Source: an uncultured Actinomycetes bacterium (GTDB lineage: Bacteria; Actinomycetota; Acidimicrobiia; Acidimicrobiales; RAAP-2). Taken from it: a stretch of 64,000 bases of DNA. Positions 7,936 to 18,698 of this stretch are shown here, in pieces (within the stretch, counting starts at the first letter, position 1; every line of letters starts with the position of its first letter). The stretch lies in NCBI GenBank assembly GCA_903893745.1, contig CAITNF010000006.1:34995-98994 (forward strand). The letters are read 5' to 3'. The position numbers were made by a program, and so were the translations under genes. The notes beneath the pieces were generated by a model, which searched no databases, was not told where the DNA came from, and saw only the letters and a program-made list of their open reading frames with translations.

Positions 7936-9861
7936 GTGCTGTTGCCCTCAATTGAATCGCCCGATGACCTGAAGGGTCTGACGATTGACGAACTAAATCA
8001 ATTGAGTGGAGAGATTCGCGAATTCATTATTTCTACGGTCACGACCACGGGCGGGCACCTAGGTTCGAATCTCGGTGTGGTCGAACTGACGCTCGCTCTA
8101 CACCGAGTCTTTGATTCACCTCACGACATAATTCTTTGGGACACTGGGCACCAGTCCTACGTCCACAAACTCTTGACCGGACGACGATACGGATTTAAGA
8201 ATCTGCGCCAGCGTGGCGGTCTCTCGGGCTACCCCAATCGGGCCGAGAGCGACCACGACTGGATTGAGTCGTCACACGCCTCAACCGCCCTCTCGTACGC
8301 CCACGGCCTCTCGGTCGCCCTCGAGCAACGTCGAGAACTCATTGGTCACGGTGGCAATCGTCACGTCGTGGCGGTGGTCGGCGACGGCTCGCTCACCGGA
8401 GGTATGGCCTACGAGGCTCTCAATAATTTGGGGCACTCCAATCAGCGAGTGGTCATAGTCCTGAACGATAACGGGCGCAGTTACGCACCCACCATTTCGA
8501 AACTCTCAGAGTCGCTCACGAACTTGCGCCTCAATCGCACTTACCTCACGTTGCGCGAGCGACTTCGTCGTCTCGTTCCTCATCTTCCCCGTGTCGGAAA
8601 ATTTGCCTATCTGGGTATCGATGGTTTCACTTCGGTACTGCGCGAAATGGTCACGCCACACACCTTCTTCGAAAATCTTGGGGTCCGCTACGTCGGACCA
8701 ATCAATGGCCACGACATTGAGGCCCTCGAACAGGTGCTGCGCAGTGCCGCCAGCTGGGATGGACCCATCCTCGTGCACGCACTCACCGAGAAAGGGCGAG
8801 GCTACGCACCCGCCGTGACCGACAACCTAAAAATGCACGACTTCAAACTGCCGCCGCGTCTCAATGACGAAGAGATCGCCCCGCAGTCGTTCACCGAATC
8901 TTTTGCTCGTTCGCTCGTCACGATGGCCGATGTCGACAAGCGGATTGTGGCCATTACGGCCGCTATGGCTGGTCCCACTGGGCTGCTCCAATTTCAAGAA
9001 CGATTTCCCACGCGCTTCTTTGACGTTGGCATTGCTGAACAACACGCCGTGACTTCCGCCGCCGGCATGGCGATGGGTGGACTAAAGCCAGTGGTCGCGC
9101 TCTACTCAACCTTTTTCTCTCGGGCCTTTGACCAGGCACACCTCGACGTGGGACTCTTAAATCTGCCCGTCGTATTCGTCCTCGACCGTGCGGGCATTAC
9201 GGGTGATGATGGTCCGAGCCATCACGGACTGCTCGATATGGCGCTCTGTCTCGCCATTCCAAATATGACCATTTTTGCGCCCTCTTCGGCGCAAGAGATT
9301 CCCGGCATGCTCGCGAGCGCTCTCTCCATGAGTACACCCACTGCGCTGCGATTCCCAAAGACGCTACCCCAACCATTTGATGGAAAGACTGGCGATGGAC
9401 TAAGCGCGCGCGAAGTCATCCGTGGCGATGGTTCGCTCTGCGTGCTGGCCGTGGGCAAAATGGCCCCCAGCGCCTACAAGGCCCTCGAACTGATGGGATC
9501 AAAAGCCGGCGCAGTAACTCTCTACGACGTCAGGGTCCTACCGCCAGATTCGCTCATGATCGATGACGCACTGCGACACGAGCGGGTCATCACCGTGGAA
9601 GATGGCACTCGGCACGGCGGAGCCGGTACCCTCATGGTCTCGGCTCTTCGCAGTCGAGCCCAGGAGTTGGAAAGAGACTTTCCGACGACCAGAATTCTCG
9701 GTGTGCCACGAGCCTTCCTCGAGCAGCATCGCCCTGACCTCCTACTCGCCGAATTGGGTCTCGACCCTGAAGGGTTAGCCAGCGCTTTTGAGCGGCTCTT
9801 GCTCGATCAGCCGGAGTTCCCACCGCGCTACACCGAGTCGCCCCGCGGCCGCTACCTCTAA
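7936..9861 (+). CDS. dxs: 1-deoxy-D-xylulose-5-phosphate synthase
   Basis: GGHLGSNLG, WDTGHQSYVHK, GDGSLTGG..LNDN, DVGIAEQHA; start GTG 7936 from TAGGCT-N6. Confidence 0.95.
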   Translation: MLLPSIESPDDLKGLTIDELNQLSGEIREFIISTVTTTGGHLGSNLGVVELTLALHRVFDSPHDIILWDTGHQSYVHKLLTGRRYGFKNLRQRGGLSGYPNRAESDHDWIESSHASTALSYAHGLSVALEQRRELIGHGGNRHVVAVVGDGSLTGGMAYEALNNLGHSNQRVVIVLNDNGRSYAPTISKLSESLTNLRLNRTYLTLRERLRRLVPHLPRVGKFAYLGIDGFTSVLREMVTPHTFFENLGVRYVGPINGHDIEALEQVLRSAASWDGPILVHALTEKGRGYAPAVTDNLKMHDFKLPPRLNDEEIAPQSFTESFARSLVTMADVDKRIVAITAAMAGPTGLLQFQERFPTRFFDVGIAEQHAVTSAAGMAMGGLKPVVALYSTFFSRAFDQAHLDVGLLNLPVVFVLDRAGITGDDGPSHHGLLDMALCLAIPNMTIFAPSSAQEIPGMLASALSMSTPTALRFPKTLPQPFDGKTGDGLSAREVIRGDGSLCVLAVGKMAPSAYKALELMGSKAGAVTLYDVRVLPPDSLMIDDALRHERVITVEDGTRHGGAGTLMVSALRSRAQELERDFPTTRILGVPRAFLEQHRPDLLLAELGLDPEGLASAFERLLLDQPEFPPRYTESPRGRYL

Positions 9862-9916
9862 AGCCCCAATCGAGTTCGCCGGCGCACTTTGGGCGACAAA
9901 CCACTACATTGTGGCC

Positions 9917-10315
9917 ATGAACTTCGACGTGCAAAAGAGTGATCAGCAGTGGCGCGAGCAGCTTTCGCCGGCTCAGTATGAAGTCCTGCGCGAAGCCGCC
10001 ACCGAAGCCCCATTCTCGGGTTCTTTATTACACGTCGACGACGAAGGGGTCTTTACGTGCGCGGGATGCAATCAAATCCTGTTCGACACGGCCCAGAAGT
10101 TTGACTCGGGTTGCGGGTGGCCCAGCTTTGACGCGTGCAAGCCCGGCACCATCCTCGAACGCCCCGACCATTCGCTCGGAGTTACACGAACGGAAATTCT
10201 CTGCGCCCGCTGCGGGGGACACCTCGGCCACGTCTTCAATGACGGCCCCACCTCGACCGGACTTCGCTACTGCGTCAATTCGCTCGCTATTGACTTTGAC
10301 GGATCGTCAAACTAA
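9917..10315 (+). CDS. msrB: Methionine-R-sulfoxide reductase B
   Basis: CAGC/CARC zinc pairs, GCGWPSF, GHLGHVF, RYCVNS; start from TACATT-N6-ATG. Confidence 0.95.
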   Translation: MNFDVQKSDQQWREQLSPAQYEVLREAATEAPFSGSLLHVDDEGVFTCAGCNQILFDTAQKFDSGCGWPSFDACKPGTILERPDHSLGVTRTEILCARCGGHLGHVFNDGPTSTGLRYCVNSLAIDFDGSSN

Positions 10316-11166
10316 ACGTCGAGGAACCTACGGATGGCAATAGCCGATCCGACTGAACCAATCAAGACTCCGACCACGAGCACGACCGTACTCGTGCCGA
10401 TCAATGACCGCGCGTTGAGCTGGAACTCGTTATGCAGTGGGTACCAGATTTTCAGAGCGGTGACCGCAATAATCGCTACGACTGAACCAAGGAGTCCCTG
10501 GATAAAGCCTTCAGTGATGTAAGGAATTCGAATGAACCAGTTGGTGGCGCCCACCAACTTCATCACCGAAACCTCTCGACGACGAGAGAAGATGGCCATG
10601 CGGATGGTGTTCAAGATCAGTACCGTGGCCGAGAGCAGAAGTACCCCCGCTAACGCCAAGAAGACGATTTGCAGTACTCGAATTGCCCGGTTCATTTGGC
10701 GAATCTGTTGCTCGGGTGCCGTCACGCTGTACACGCCGGGCTGATTCGAGAATTGCGATTCAACCACGAAGGCGTTCTGAGGAACGGTCGGTACGCAGCG
10801 AAACGATGATGGTACGTCCGTGACGCTGAGCACGCTCGACTCGGAACGAGGTAACAACTGCAGCGCTTCTTGATAGTCCTGGGATTGGGTGTAGTAAACG
10901 CAGCTCTTCACGATCGGCAGATTGGCCAACTGGCCCTGAATTGTCGATATTTCTGCCTTCGACGCGGTCGGCTCCATCCACACGGTCACGCGGGTTCCCT
11001 GTTGCCACTGTGCCGATGCCTGCGCCGCGCTTTGTTTCAGCAGCAGAGCCGCACCAACCAGCGAAAGCGACACTGCGACGGTCAGCACGGCGGCGATCGT
11101 CATCATGCGATTACGCCAGAGATTGCTGATGGTCTCCTTAATTGCGTAGCGAAGATACACGCGCAT
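10312..11166 (-). CDS. ftsX: Cell division permease FtsX
   Basis: Multi-TM; NTIRMAIFSRRREVSVMKLVGATNWFIRIP; follows ftsE. Confidence 0.92.
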   Translation of the reverse strand: MRVYLRYAIKETISNLWRNRMMTIAAVLTVAVSLSLVGAALLLKQSAAQASAQWQQGTRVTVWMEPTASKAEISTIQGQLANLPIVKSCVYYTQSQDYQEALQLLPRSESSVLSVTDVPSSFRCVPTVPQNAFVVESQFSNQPGVYSVTAPEQQIRQMNRAIRVLQIVFLALAGVLLLSATVLILNTIRMAIFSRRREVSVMKLVGATNWFIRIPYITEGFIQGLLGSVVAIIAVTALKIWYPLHNEFQLNARSLIGTSTVVLVVGVLIGSVGSAIAIRRFLDV

Positions 11167-11867
11167 TAGTGACCCATCGCCGGTTCATCAATCCCGTATA
11201 CACCACGGACTTGGTCTCGAATCATTTCGCCTCGGTCGAGCTCGACGACGCGGCGACGCATGCGGTCCACCAAACCCTTGTCGTGCGTGGCCATCACGAC
11301 GGTGGTACCCGTGCGGTTAATACGCTCGAGCAGCGACATGATGATTTCGGAGTTCGCCGGATCGAGATTACCGGTTGGTTCGTCCGCGAGCAGAATTAAT
11401 GGTCGATTGACGAACGCCCGAGCCACGGCCACGCGCTGCTGCTCGCCACCAGAAAGTTCGCCAGGTAAGTTGCTCGACTTATCAGTAAGACCCACCAGCT
11501 CAAGAATCTGTGGTACTTGGGACTCAACGGTGGAGCGAGGACGCCCGATTACTTCGAGGGCAAATGCCACGTTTTCAAAGACCGTTTTGTTGGGCAAGAG
11601 TCGGAAATCTTGGAAGACGCAGCCAATGTTGCGACGAAGGTAGGGCACGCGCCACTTAGGCAGATCGCCAATGTCACGGCCCGCTTCGAGAATGCGACCA
11701 GAGTCAGGGGACTCTTCACGCAGTAAGAGTCGTAGGAAGGTGGTTTTGCCCGAACCCGAGGCCCCTACCAAGAAGACGAACTCCCCCTTCTCAATGTCGA
11801 GCGAAATATTGACCAGGGCTGGCGTGCCGTTCTTGTACGTTTTGGAGACTTGCTCAAATCGAATCAC
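11166..11867 (-). CDS. ftsE: Cell division ATP-binding protein FtsE
   Basis: [35 protein letters not shown]; SD AAGGAGG. Confidence 0.95.
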   Translation of the reverse strand: MIRFEQVSKTYKNGTPALVNISLDIEKGEFVFLVGASGSGKTTFLRLLLREESPDSGRILEAGRDIGDLPKWRVPYLRRNIGCVFQDFRLLPNKTVFENVAFALEVIGRPRSTVESQVPQILELVGLTDKSSNLPGELSGGEQQRVAVARAFVNRPLILLADEPTGNLDPANSEIIMSLLERINRTGTTVVMATHDKGLVDRMRRRVVELDRGEMIRDQVRGVYGIDEPAMGH

Positions 11868-12003
11868 GTGCGCACCTCCTTCGGGTCAACCAGTGCGGCT
11901 GAACAATGGCAAAAATTACCTTCACGACATTCTAGTTTGGCTCCGCGCGATTCCGGCCTCACCAAATAGGTAAGTTTCAAGGATTCGCCGAGGTTTCTCG
12001 GAG

Positions 12004-13149
12004 CTACGCGCGAGACCGTAGGCGACGTAATTCGGCTTCCATGAAGTCATCTAAATCACCATCGAGCACGGCGTCAACGTTACCGGTGTCGAAATCCGTT
12101 CGATGGTCCTTCACTAATTGATACGGCGCCTGGACGTAGCTACGAATTTGCGATCCCCAGGCGTTGTCACCGCGATCACCACTGAGCGCGTCCATCGCCG
12201 CTTGACGTTCGGCGCGCGCACGGTCGGCGAGTTTCGCCACCAAAATCTGCATCGCTCGTGCTCGGTTCTGGTGTTGACTTCGTTCATTCTGGCAACTCAC
12301 CACGATGCCCGACGGCAGGTGGGTAATTCGAATGGCCGAGTCAGTCTTATTGACGTGTTGACCTCCGGCTCCCGAAGAGCGGTACGTATCGACGCGTAGC
12401 TCCTTCTCATCAATTTCAACTTCTGACGAATTGTCGGCGAGTAGTGGCGTGACGTCCATACTGGCAAAACTCGTTTGCCGACGAGCCTGCGAATCGAAGG
12501 GACTAATTCGAACAAGTCGGTGCACGCCGCGCTCGGCCGAGAGCCACCCGTAGGCGAAACGACCCTTCACGATGAACGTGGCGGACAAGAGACCAGCCTC
12601 TTGACCGTCGGTCACTTCATCGATCTCCACCCCGAAACCGCGGCGTTCCGCCCATCGGACGTACATACGCAACAACATCTCGGTCCAATCCTGGGCGTCG
12701 GTCCCGCCAGCACCCGCGTGCAGCTCGGCAATCGCGTCGTTCTCGTCGTAGGGACCACTCAGCAGACTTTGCGTCTCGAGGGCTGCTAACCGGTGCTCGA
12801 GACCCGCAACGGTATCGGAGAGCTCTTGGAGCAACGACCAGTCGATATCACCAGTGGTCATCGATTCACGTGAAAAGTCCACCAGAATTGCGCAGTCATC
12901 GATTGCGCTTCGCAGCTGATCAAAGGATTCAAGATCGTTGCTCAGTCGACCAAGTTCCGTCGTGACCTCTCGAGCGTGATCTTGGTCATTCCAAAGATTG
13001 GGATCTTCTGCTTCGCTGCTCAGCACCTCATGGCGCGCGCGGGCCGTATCAATCTTCAGATACTCTCGGGCAGCGTTCCATCGGACCTCGAGTTCTTCGA
13101 GGGCCGTGAGCGCGTCGCGTAGGGCGATTTCTGCTTTAGGGTCGGCCAT
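12004..13149 (-). CDS. prfB: Peptide chain release factor 2 (continuous ORF, no frameshift)
   Basis: [11 protein letters not shown] anticodon mimic (RISPFD), GGQ; start ATG 13149 inferred. Confidence 0.95.
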   Translation of the reverse strand: MADPKAEIALRDALTALEELEVRWNAAREYLKIDTARARHEVLSSEAEDPNLWNDQDHAREVTTELGRLSNDLESFDQLRSAIDDCAILVDFSRESMTTGDIDWSLLQELSDTVAGLEHRLAALETQSLLSGPYDENDAIAELHAGAGGTDAQDWTEMLLRMYVRWAERRGFGVEIDEVTDGQEAGLLSATFIVKGRFAYGWLSAERGVHRLVRISPFDSQARRQTSFASMDVTPLLADNSSEVEIDEKELRVDTYRSSGAGGQHVNKTDSAIRITHLPSGIVVSCQNERSQHQNRARAMQILVAKLADRARAERQAAMDALSGDRGDNAWGSQIRSYVQAPYQLVKDHRTDFDTGNVDAVLDGDLDDFMEAELRRLRSRA

Positions 13150-15814
13150 GGCACTGCTTGAACTTCTTGCCCGTGCCACACCAGCACGGTTCATTCCGTC
13201 CAATCTTGTCGCCCTCTTTCTTCGGCGAGCTCTTCGAATCACTAGGTGAGTTGTGCGCGGGAAGGTCAACGGCTCCCGGGGCGACTTCATTCGCATTGGT
13301 GACTGCGCGTTCGAGGCCGTCATCACTCGAGTCGGCCGGGGTCACCGTTGCTTCAACGTGCGTGATGTAGCGAACGAAGTCACTGTCGACCGCTCGGAGG
13401 AGATGTTCGAACATTGTGTAACCCTCTTTTTGCCACGCGGTGAGGGGATCTTGCTGGGCCACCTGACGCAGGTGAATACCATCACGGAGGTAGTCCATAT
13501 CCGAAAGATGGTCGCGCCATCGCTGGTCCAGAATCTGCAGCATGACGTCACGCTCAATATCCTTAGCGGTGTCGAGACCTCCGGGGAAAGACTCGCACTT
13601 CTCCTCGTAGACCTTCAGTGCGTCGTCGACCACCAGGGCTACGAGGTCCTCTCGATCGTCGTAGGGACGAAGCGTCTCGGCGCTCACTCGGGTGGGATAA
13701 TACGTCTGTAGTTCCACCATGAGCGCGTTCAGGTCCCACTCTTCAGAGAATTCCCCCGCGAGACGATCCTCAACTACTTCGCTAAGACACGATTCAATCA
13801 TTGCCAACGTGGCATCGTGGATGTCCTCACCATCAATGACCTGTTGGCGACGGCCGTAAATCACCTTTCGCTGTTCGTTCATTACTTCGTCGTACTTCAG
13901 TACATCTTTTCGAATCTCGGCGTTTCGACCTTCGACCGTATTTTGCGCGCGCTCAATAGCCTTGGAGACCATTTTTGCTTCAATCGCCTCATCATCGGGC
14001 ATCGTTCGGTCCATCACCCACGAGACAGCTCCGGTCGCAAAGAGACGCAGCAGTTCATCTTCGAGTGAAAGGTAGAAACGGCTCGCCCCGGGATCACCTT
14101 GTCGTCCCGCTCGACCACGCAACTGGTTGTCGATTCGCCGTGAGTCGTGTCGTTCGGTACCCAGCACGTAGAGGCCACCAACGGCGCGAACCTCATCACC
14201 TTCCGCCTCGCAAACGGGTCGGATGGTGCTCAACACCTTCTGAAAGGCCTCGTCGTACTCTTCGGTTCCGACCTGAAGGCCCCGACCCGCAATCTCTCGC
14301 GTGGCTAATCCCTCTGGATTACCGCCCAAAATGACGTCAACACCACGACCAGCCATATTGGTCGCTACCGTGACCGCAAACTTTCGCCCCGCCTGGGCCA
14401 CAATCTCGGCCTCACGAAAGTGCTGCTTGGCATTCAACACTTCGTGCTGAATGCCGGCTTTAGAAAGTTCACGTGAGAGCAACTCAGACTTTTCTACCGA
14501 AGCCGTACCGAGCAAAATGGGTTGACCGATGGTGTTTCGCTCACGCACGTCGTCGACGATGGCCGCGAACTTGGCCACTTCGGTCTTGTAAATCAGATCG
14601 GGCTCGTCTTGACGCTGTGAGGTTCGGTTGGTGGGAATCGAGACTACCGACAGACCGTACGTATTACCGAACTCGGCGGCTTCGGTTTCGGCAGTTCCCG
14701 TCATGCCCGAGAGCTTGTTGTAGAGACGGAAGTAGTTCTGCAAGGTCACCGTGGCCCAGGTGTGGTTCTCTTCTTGAATACGGACCCGCTCCTTGGCTTC
14801 GACAGCCTGGTGCAGTCCATCGGACCAACGTCGTCCGTCCAGCGTCCGTCCCGTGAACTCATCAATAATTTTCACTTCACCCACGTCGACGAGATAGTCC
14901 TTGTCACGATGAAAGAGTTCCTTGGCCCTCAGCGCTTGCCCAATCTGGTGTACGTAGTTTGTGGCGACCGCGTCATAGAGATTCGTTACGCCTAATTGGC
15001 GCTCAACCTTCTCAATACCGGCTTCGGTCGGCATGACCGTCTTTTTCTCCTCGTCCACTTCGTAGTCAACGTCACGAGAGAGGGTTCGCGCAATGGAAGC
15101 GAATTGGTAGTACAGCTTGGTTACGTCCGACGCGGGACCGGAAATAATTAACGGGGTACGAGCTTCGTCAATGAGGATTGAGTCCACTTCGTCCACGATG
15201 GCGAAATTGTGTCCGCGCTGCACCATGTGGTCGCGCCGGCGAGCCATGTTGTCGCGGAGATAATCAAAACCAAATTCCGTATTCGTCCCGTACGTAATGT
15301 CACAGGCGTACGCGGCTCGCTTGTCCTCGAACTCGGTGAGGTCGGGGCCAACTCGGCCAACACTCAAGCCCAGAAAACGGTGAAGTTGGCCCATCCAGTT
15401 AGCGTCACGAGTAGCGAGATAGTCGTTCACCGTGACGAGGTGCACACCCTTACCCGAGAGCGCGTTCAAGTAGACCGGCAACGTGGAGACCAGTGTCTTA
15501 CCTTCACCAGTCTTCATCTCGGCAATCCAGCCAAAGTGCAGCGCCATGCCACCCATGAGCTGCACGTCGTAGTGGCGCTGACCAAGTACGCGGGTGGCCG
15601 CTTCACGAACGACGGCAAAGGCCTCCAGCAAAATATCGTCGAGCGTCTCACCTTCGGCGATGCGCTCTTTAAAGACGTCGGTCTTCGCGCGAAGTTCCGC
15701 GTCGGTTAGGGCGGCCATCTCGCCAGCGAGTTCATTAATGGGGCCAACGAGTTCCGCCAACTGACGGACCCGCTTACCCTCGCCCGCTTTTAGGATTTTG
15801 CCAAATACGCTCAT
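13136..15814 (-). CDS. secA: Preprotein translocase subunit SecA
   Basis: [38 protein letters not shown] tail [18 protein letters not shown]; start ATG 15814. Confidence 0.97.
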   Translation of the reverse strand: MSVFGKILKAGEGKRVRQLAELVGPINELAGEMAALTDAELRAKTDVFKERIAEGETLDDILLEAFAVVREAATRVLGQRHYDVQLMGGMALHFGWIAEMKTGEGKTLVSTLPVYLNALSGKGVHLVTVNDYLATRDANWMGQLHRFLGLSVGRVGPDLTEFEDKRAAYACDITYGTNTEFGFDYLRDNMARRRDHMVQRGHNFAIVDEVDSILIDEARTPLIISGPASDVTKLYYQFASIARTLSRDVDYEVDEEKKTVMPTEAGIEKVERQLGVTNLYDAVATNYVHQIGQALRAKELFHRDKDYLVDVGEVKIIDEFTGRTLDGRRWSDGLHQAVEAKERVRIQEENHTWATVTLQNYFRLYNKLSGMTGTAETEAAEFGNTYGLSVVSIPTNRTSQRQDEPDLIYKTEVAKFAAIVDDVRERNTIGQPILLGTASVEKSELLSRELSKAGIQHEVLNAKQHFREAEIVAQAGRKFAVTVATNMAGRGVDVILGGNPEGLATREIAGRGLQVGTEEYDEAFQKVLSTIRPVCEAEGDEVRAVGGLYVLGTERHDSRRIDNQLRGRAGRQGDPGASRFYLSLEDELLRLFATGAVSWVMDRTMPDDEAIEAKMVSKAIERAQNTVEGRNAEIRKDVLKYDEVMNEQRKVIYGRRQQVIDGEDIHDATLAMIESCLSEVVEDRLAGEFSEEWDLNALMVELQTYYPTRVSAETLRPYDDREDLVALVVDDALKVYEEKCESFPGGLDTAKDIERDVMLQILDQRWRDHLSDMDYLRDGIHLRQVAQQDPLTAWQKEGYTMFEHLLRAVDSDFVRYITHVEATVTPADSSDDGLERAVTNANEVAPGAVDLPAHNSPSDSKSSPKKEGDKIGRNEPCWCGTGKKFKQCHGRP

Positions 15815-15841
15815 AACTAGTCTCACCCTACCGGTTCTAAA

Positions 15842-16107
15842 GAAAAAGCTTGAGGGCTGCGGGTGTCTGACCTGGTCTTTGACCCCACACTTGCCTGCAG
15901 CGATGTCCGTACGTATCACCGGCAGCCACTGGCTCTCCGGCAACAAATTCGCACACTTCACCGGCTCTCGTGACAACCACTTTGATCGTCTCGAGGCAGG
16001 ACTTACTTCTAAACCGCGCCATGCTCGGCGTCAAGAAGACGCCTTACGTGGGTCGCTTCGCCCGCGGCTGGCATCGACTTGCAACCACAGAACCACTCGC
16101 AGCCCTC
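15842..16107 (-). ncRNA. Putative structured ncRNA, Ms1/6S-like architecture
   Basis: 14-bp closing stem 16107-16094/15865-15852, further long-range helices, two short hairpins flanking a bubble, apical stem; TAGAAT 5 nt before the 5' end and AAGCUUUUUCUUU after the 3' end on the minus strand; no convincing ORF. Confidence 0.65.
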
Positions 16108-16112
16108 GACAT

Positions 16113-16118
16113 ATTCTA
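16113..16118 (-). promoter_or_regulatory. -10 element TAGAAT for the putative ncRNA
   Basis: Minus strand CC-TAGAAT-ATGTC-GAGGGC; similar spacing to the leaderless promoters in this window. Confidence 0.55.
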
Positions 16119-16132
16119 GGTGCTCTCGCCGC

Positions 16133-16969
16133 TCAGCCCCGGGGGCCGACTACTTGGACGATCAAGAGCCGAACTCCCAGCACCACAATGGCCAGTGGGG
16201 CCAGTAATCGCCGTAGTCCTCGCGCCGTCTGCCACTCAAATCGAATAGCACTGCGGTGATGCGCGCGCACCATCGCTCGGGGAGCCTGACGACGCGAGAG
16301 CCCCTCAATATGAGTGACAATGGCCTCGGGTAGGGTCGCGACGCGAAAGCCCCGGCGACTCAGCGACCAACACAACGCCATATCTTCGGCGAACATGAAG
16401 TAGCGCTCGTCAAAACCACCAACAATCTCAAAAGTGCTGCGCCGAATTAGAAAACAGGCCCCCGATACCCAGTCAACTGAGCCGTCCGCACGCGCCGCTC
16501 GGTAGCGCTTGGTGGCCGGATTTGTTGGCCAGAGGGGTCCTAGGAGCGCGTGCACGCCCGCGAGCCACACGTTGGGAAAGACGCGCTGGGAGGGATAGAT
16601 CGAACCGTCGGGGCGCAGAATTGTTGGACCCACAATGCCGACTTCGTCGTTCGCATCCAAATATGCCACGAGTAACGCGACGGCGCCATCGTGAAGTACC
16701 ACGTCGGGATTGGACACCAGCAGATAGTCATTAGGTCCGCTAAACGCGGCACCCCGATTCACGCCACCTCCGTATCCCAAGTTGCGGCCCGGGACAACGA
16801 CGTGAACTCTTCGCCCATCAAGGTCCGCCAGTGTTGACCCCGCGGTGCCATTTTCAACAACGATGATGTTGTCAACTCCATTTGCGAGAAGTGAATCGAT
16901 GCAGCGCGTCAGCGCCGAGCCCGCGTGAAAATCGACTACTACTGCCGCCACTCGCGATGGACTACTCAC
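16133..16969 (-). CDS. GT2 family glycosyltransferase (WbbL-like rhamnosyltransferase)
   Basis: RNLGYGGGVN, SNPDV, DWVSGACFL, GFDERYFMFAEDMALC; overlaps rmlD. Confidence 0.85.
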   Translation of the reverse strand: MSSPSRVAAVVVDFHAGSALTRCIDSLLANGVDNIIVVENGTAGSTLADLDGRRVHVVVPGRNLGYGGGVNRGAAFSGPNDYLLVSNPDVVLHDGAVALLVAYLDANDEVGIVGPTILRPDGSIYPSQRVFPNVWLAGVHALLGPLWPTNPATKRYRAARADGSVDWVSGACFLIRRSTFEIVGGFDERYFMFAEDMALCWSLSRRGFRVATLPEAIVTHIEGLSRRQAPRAMVRAHHRSAIRFEWQTARGLRRLLAPLAIVVLGVRLLIVQVVGPRG

Positions 16970-17892
16970 GCGTCACCAACCAATGGCGCGCGGTCGGTCA
17001 CGAGGCGAGTAACGGCGTCGCGCCAATCAGGTAGCGGCTCCCAATGAAGTTGCCATTTGGCCGTGGAAAGATCGCTGCGTACGGGTCGTTGGGCTGCGGG
17101 AGCCGGTACCAGTTCTGAAGTCGCAATGGGCGTGGCAAAATCACCGTCTCGTCCAAGAAGCTCACCGGCGTAACGAGCAATTTCAAACCACGTCGTCGTA
17201 CCCGTATTTGCAACGTGCCACCGTCCACCCGGACGAGTACGCACCAGCGTCACCAGTGCTCGAGCCAAATCCGCCGCAACAGTCACAGAACCGGTCTGAT
17301 CATTGACGAATCGAACCTGCTCCCCGGATTGGGCACGATCGACAATTACGTTCATCACGTTCTTACCGCGCACCCCCATCACCCACGACGTTCGAACAAT
17401 CGTGTCCTCTTCTCGACAAAGCAGCTCACCAGCCAATTTCGAGGCGCCGTAGACGCTCTGAGGATTGGTCGCATCCTCTTCAACGTAGGCACTCCCCTTT
17501 GACCCATCGAAGACGTAATCGGTGGAGACGGTAATGAGATGAGCACCGGTCTCTTTCGCCGCGCGCGACAGTAATCCCGTGCCCGTCGCGTTTACCGCGT
17601 AGCACGTATCCGGGTCACCTTCGGCGCGGTCGACCGCAGTGTAAGCGGCTAAGTGGACAATCACGTCGGGACGAGTTCGCTCGATCGCCCGCTGGACTGC
17701 CTCACGGTCAGTTATATCCAGTTCGTGATGAGAGAGCCCCAGGACCTCGAACTCATCACTGTGCACCGCTAGGCCATCGGGATGCCAAGAAGTACGAGCG
17801 CCCCGCACCGTGCGGCCACGTAACGTGTCGACCAGATCGACACCAACCTGGCCACTTGCTCCAGTCACTACGACGCGAACGGGCCGACTCAT
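16966..17892 (-). CDS. rmlD: dTDP-4-dehydrorhamnose reductase
   Basis: GASGQVG, AAYTAVD, STDYVFDG, YGASKLAGE. Confidence 0.93.
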   Translation of the reverse strand: MSRPVRVVVTGASGQVGVDLVDTLRGRTVRGARTSWHPDGLAVHSDEFEVLGLSHHELDITDREAVQRAIERTRPDVIVHLAAYTAVDRAEGDPDTCYAVNATGTGLLSRAAKETGAHLITVSTDYVFDGSKGSAYVEEDATNPQSVYGASKLAGELLCREEDTIVRTSWVMGVRGKNVMNVIVDRAQSGEQVRFVNDQTGSVTVAADLARALVTLVRTRPGGRWHVANTGTTTWFEIARYAGELLGRDGDFATPIATSELVPAPAAQRPVRSDLSTAKWQLHWEPLPDWRDAVTRLVTDRAPLVGDA

Positions 17893-18626
17893 AGAGTCGA
17901 GCCTTCATCAATACGCAGATGTACGACGTCACCGGCACTGAAGAATTCACTCGAGCCGTCAACTTCTACTTCTAGGCGTCCCTCGGGGTCAACGCTCCTC
18001 GCGTGTCCAACGACCGTGCGGTCAAACAGTTCAATTTTGACTACGCGTCCCAGCGTGCAGAGTGACGATTGGTATTCAGTTCGCAGAGCTTGTCGGCCGT
18101 CTTCACTATCCAACTGCATGCGACGTGGTTCGAGCTCTTCGAGTACGAGGTCGAGGAGGGCCAGAGGCGTAATCGTCACTCCCGCCAGGTCACGAACACA
18201 CGTGGCGACGAAATCCGGAGGCGTACTGGTGAGATTGATACCGACGCCTACCACCACCCCATTAGTCGTACCCCCAATGAGTTCCGCTAGTAGCCCGCCA
18301 AGCTTCACGTCATCAACGACGAGATCGTTCGGCCATTTGAGTTGAGGGCGCACTCCGCTCAGTCGCACTAGTGCCGCTCGCGCAGCGAGTGCGACCGCCA
18401 CGACGGCGAGCTGTAGTTCTTGCGGGGACAGCGCAGGTCGCAACAGGATTGAGCAGAGAAATGAACTCCCTGGTACCGAAAGCCACGTACGGTCGAGTCG
18501 ACCACGCCCTGCCGATTGGTAGTCGGCAATAATGACGTGCCCCTCGGGCACCCCGTGGCGGGCCGCTTCGGCGAGCCGGGAGTTCGTGGAGTCCACGGTC
18601 GCCAAGTGTTCGACACGCCAAATCAT
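17889..18626 (-). CDS. birA: Biotin-[acetyl-CoA-carboxylase] ligase (no N-terminal HTH)
   Basis: VDSTN, QSAGRGRLDRTW, LKWPND, KLGGLL, GVGIN. Confidence 0.92.
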   Translation of the reverse strand: MIWRVEHLATVDSTNSRLAEAARHGVPEGHVIIADYQSAGRGRLDRTWLSVPGSSFLCSILLRPALSPQELQLAVVAVALAARAALVRLSGVRPQLKWPNDLVVDDVKLGGLLAELIGGTTNGVVVGVGINLTSTPPDFVATCVRDLAGVTITPLALLDLVLEELEPRRMQLDSEDGRQALRTEYQSSLCTLGRVVKIELFDRTVVGHARSVDPEGRLEVEVDGSSEFFSAGDVVHLRIDEGSTL

Positions 18627-18698
18627 TGCAGCCACCCCTAAAGACTAGGGTTTATCCGATAAGTAGTTGAAAATAGCGGTCCCCCAACGGAGGTTGAC

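Noticed and set aside
11988-12001. Intrinsic terminator after prfB
   Set aside because: Only a 5-bp stem and no U-tract on the coding strand
12004-13326. Programmed +1 frameshift in prfB
   Set aside because: The ORF is continuous through the N-terminal region, with no CTT-TGA site
15852-15880. SRP (4.5S) RNA: minus strand ACCAGGUCAG...GCAGCC resembles the flanks of E. coli domain IV
   Set aside because: The essential GNRA-capped helix between those flanks is missing (ACACCC instead), and these bases are used in long-range stems
15815-16132. tmRNA, RNase P RNA or tRNA in the secA upstream gap
   Set aside because: No tRNA-like ends, no GAGGAAAGUCC, and the length does not fit
15798-16259. 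ORF-track ORFs over the secA upstream gap and the 54-aa SecA N-terminal extension
   Set aside because: No recognisable protein features; SecA homology starts at MSVFGK (15814); the region is better explained as RNA
18637-18652. CCCTA-N5-TAGGG as a BirA operator
   Set aside because: This BirA lacks the N-terminal HTH; the repeat is short and overlaps likely promoter elements
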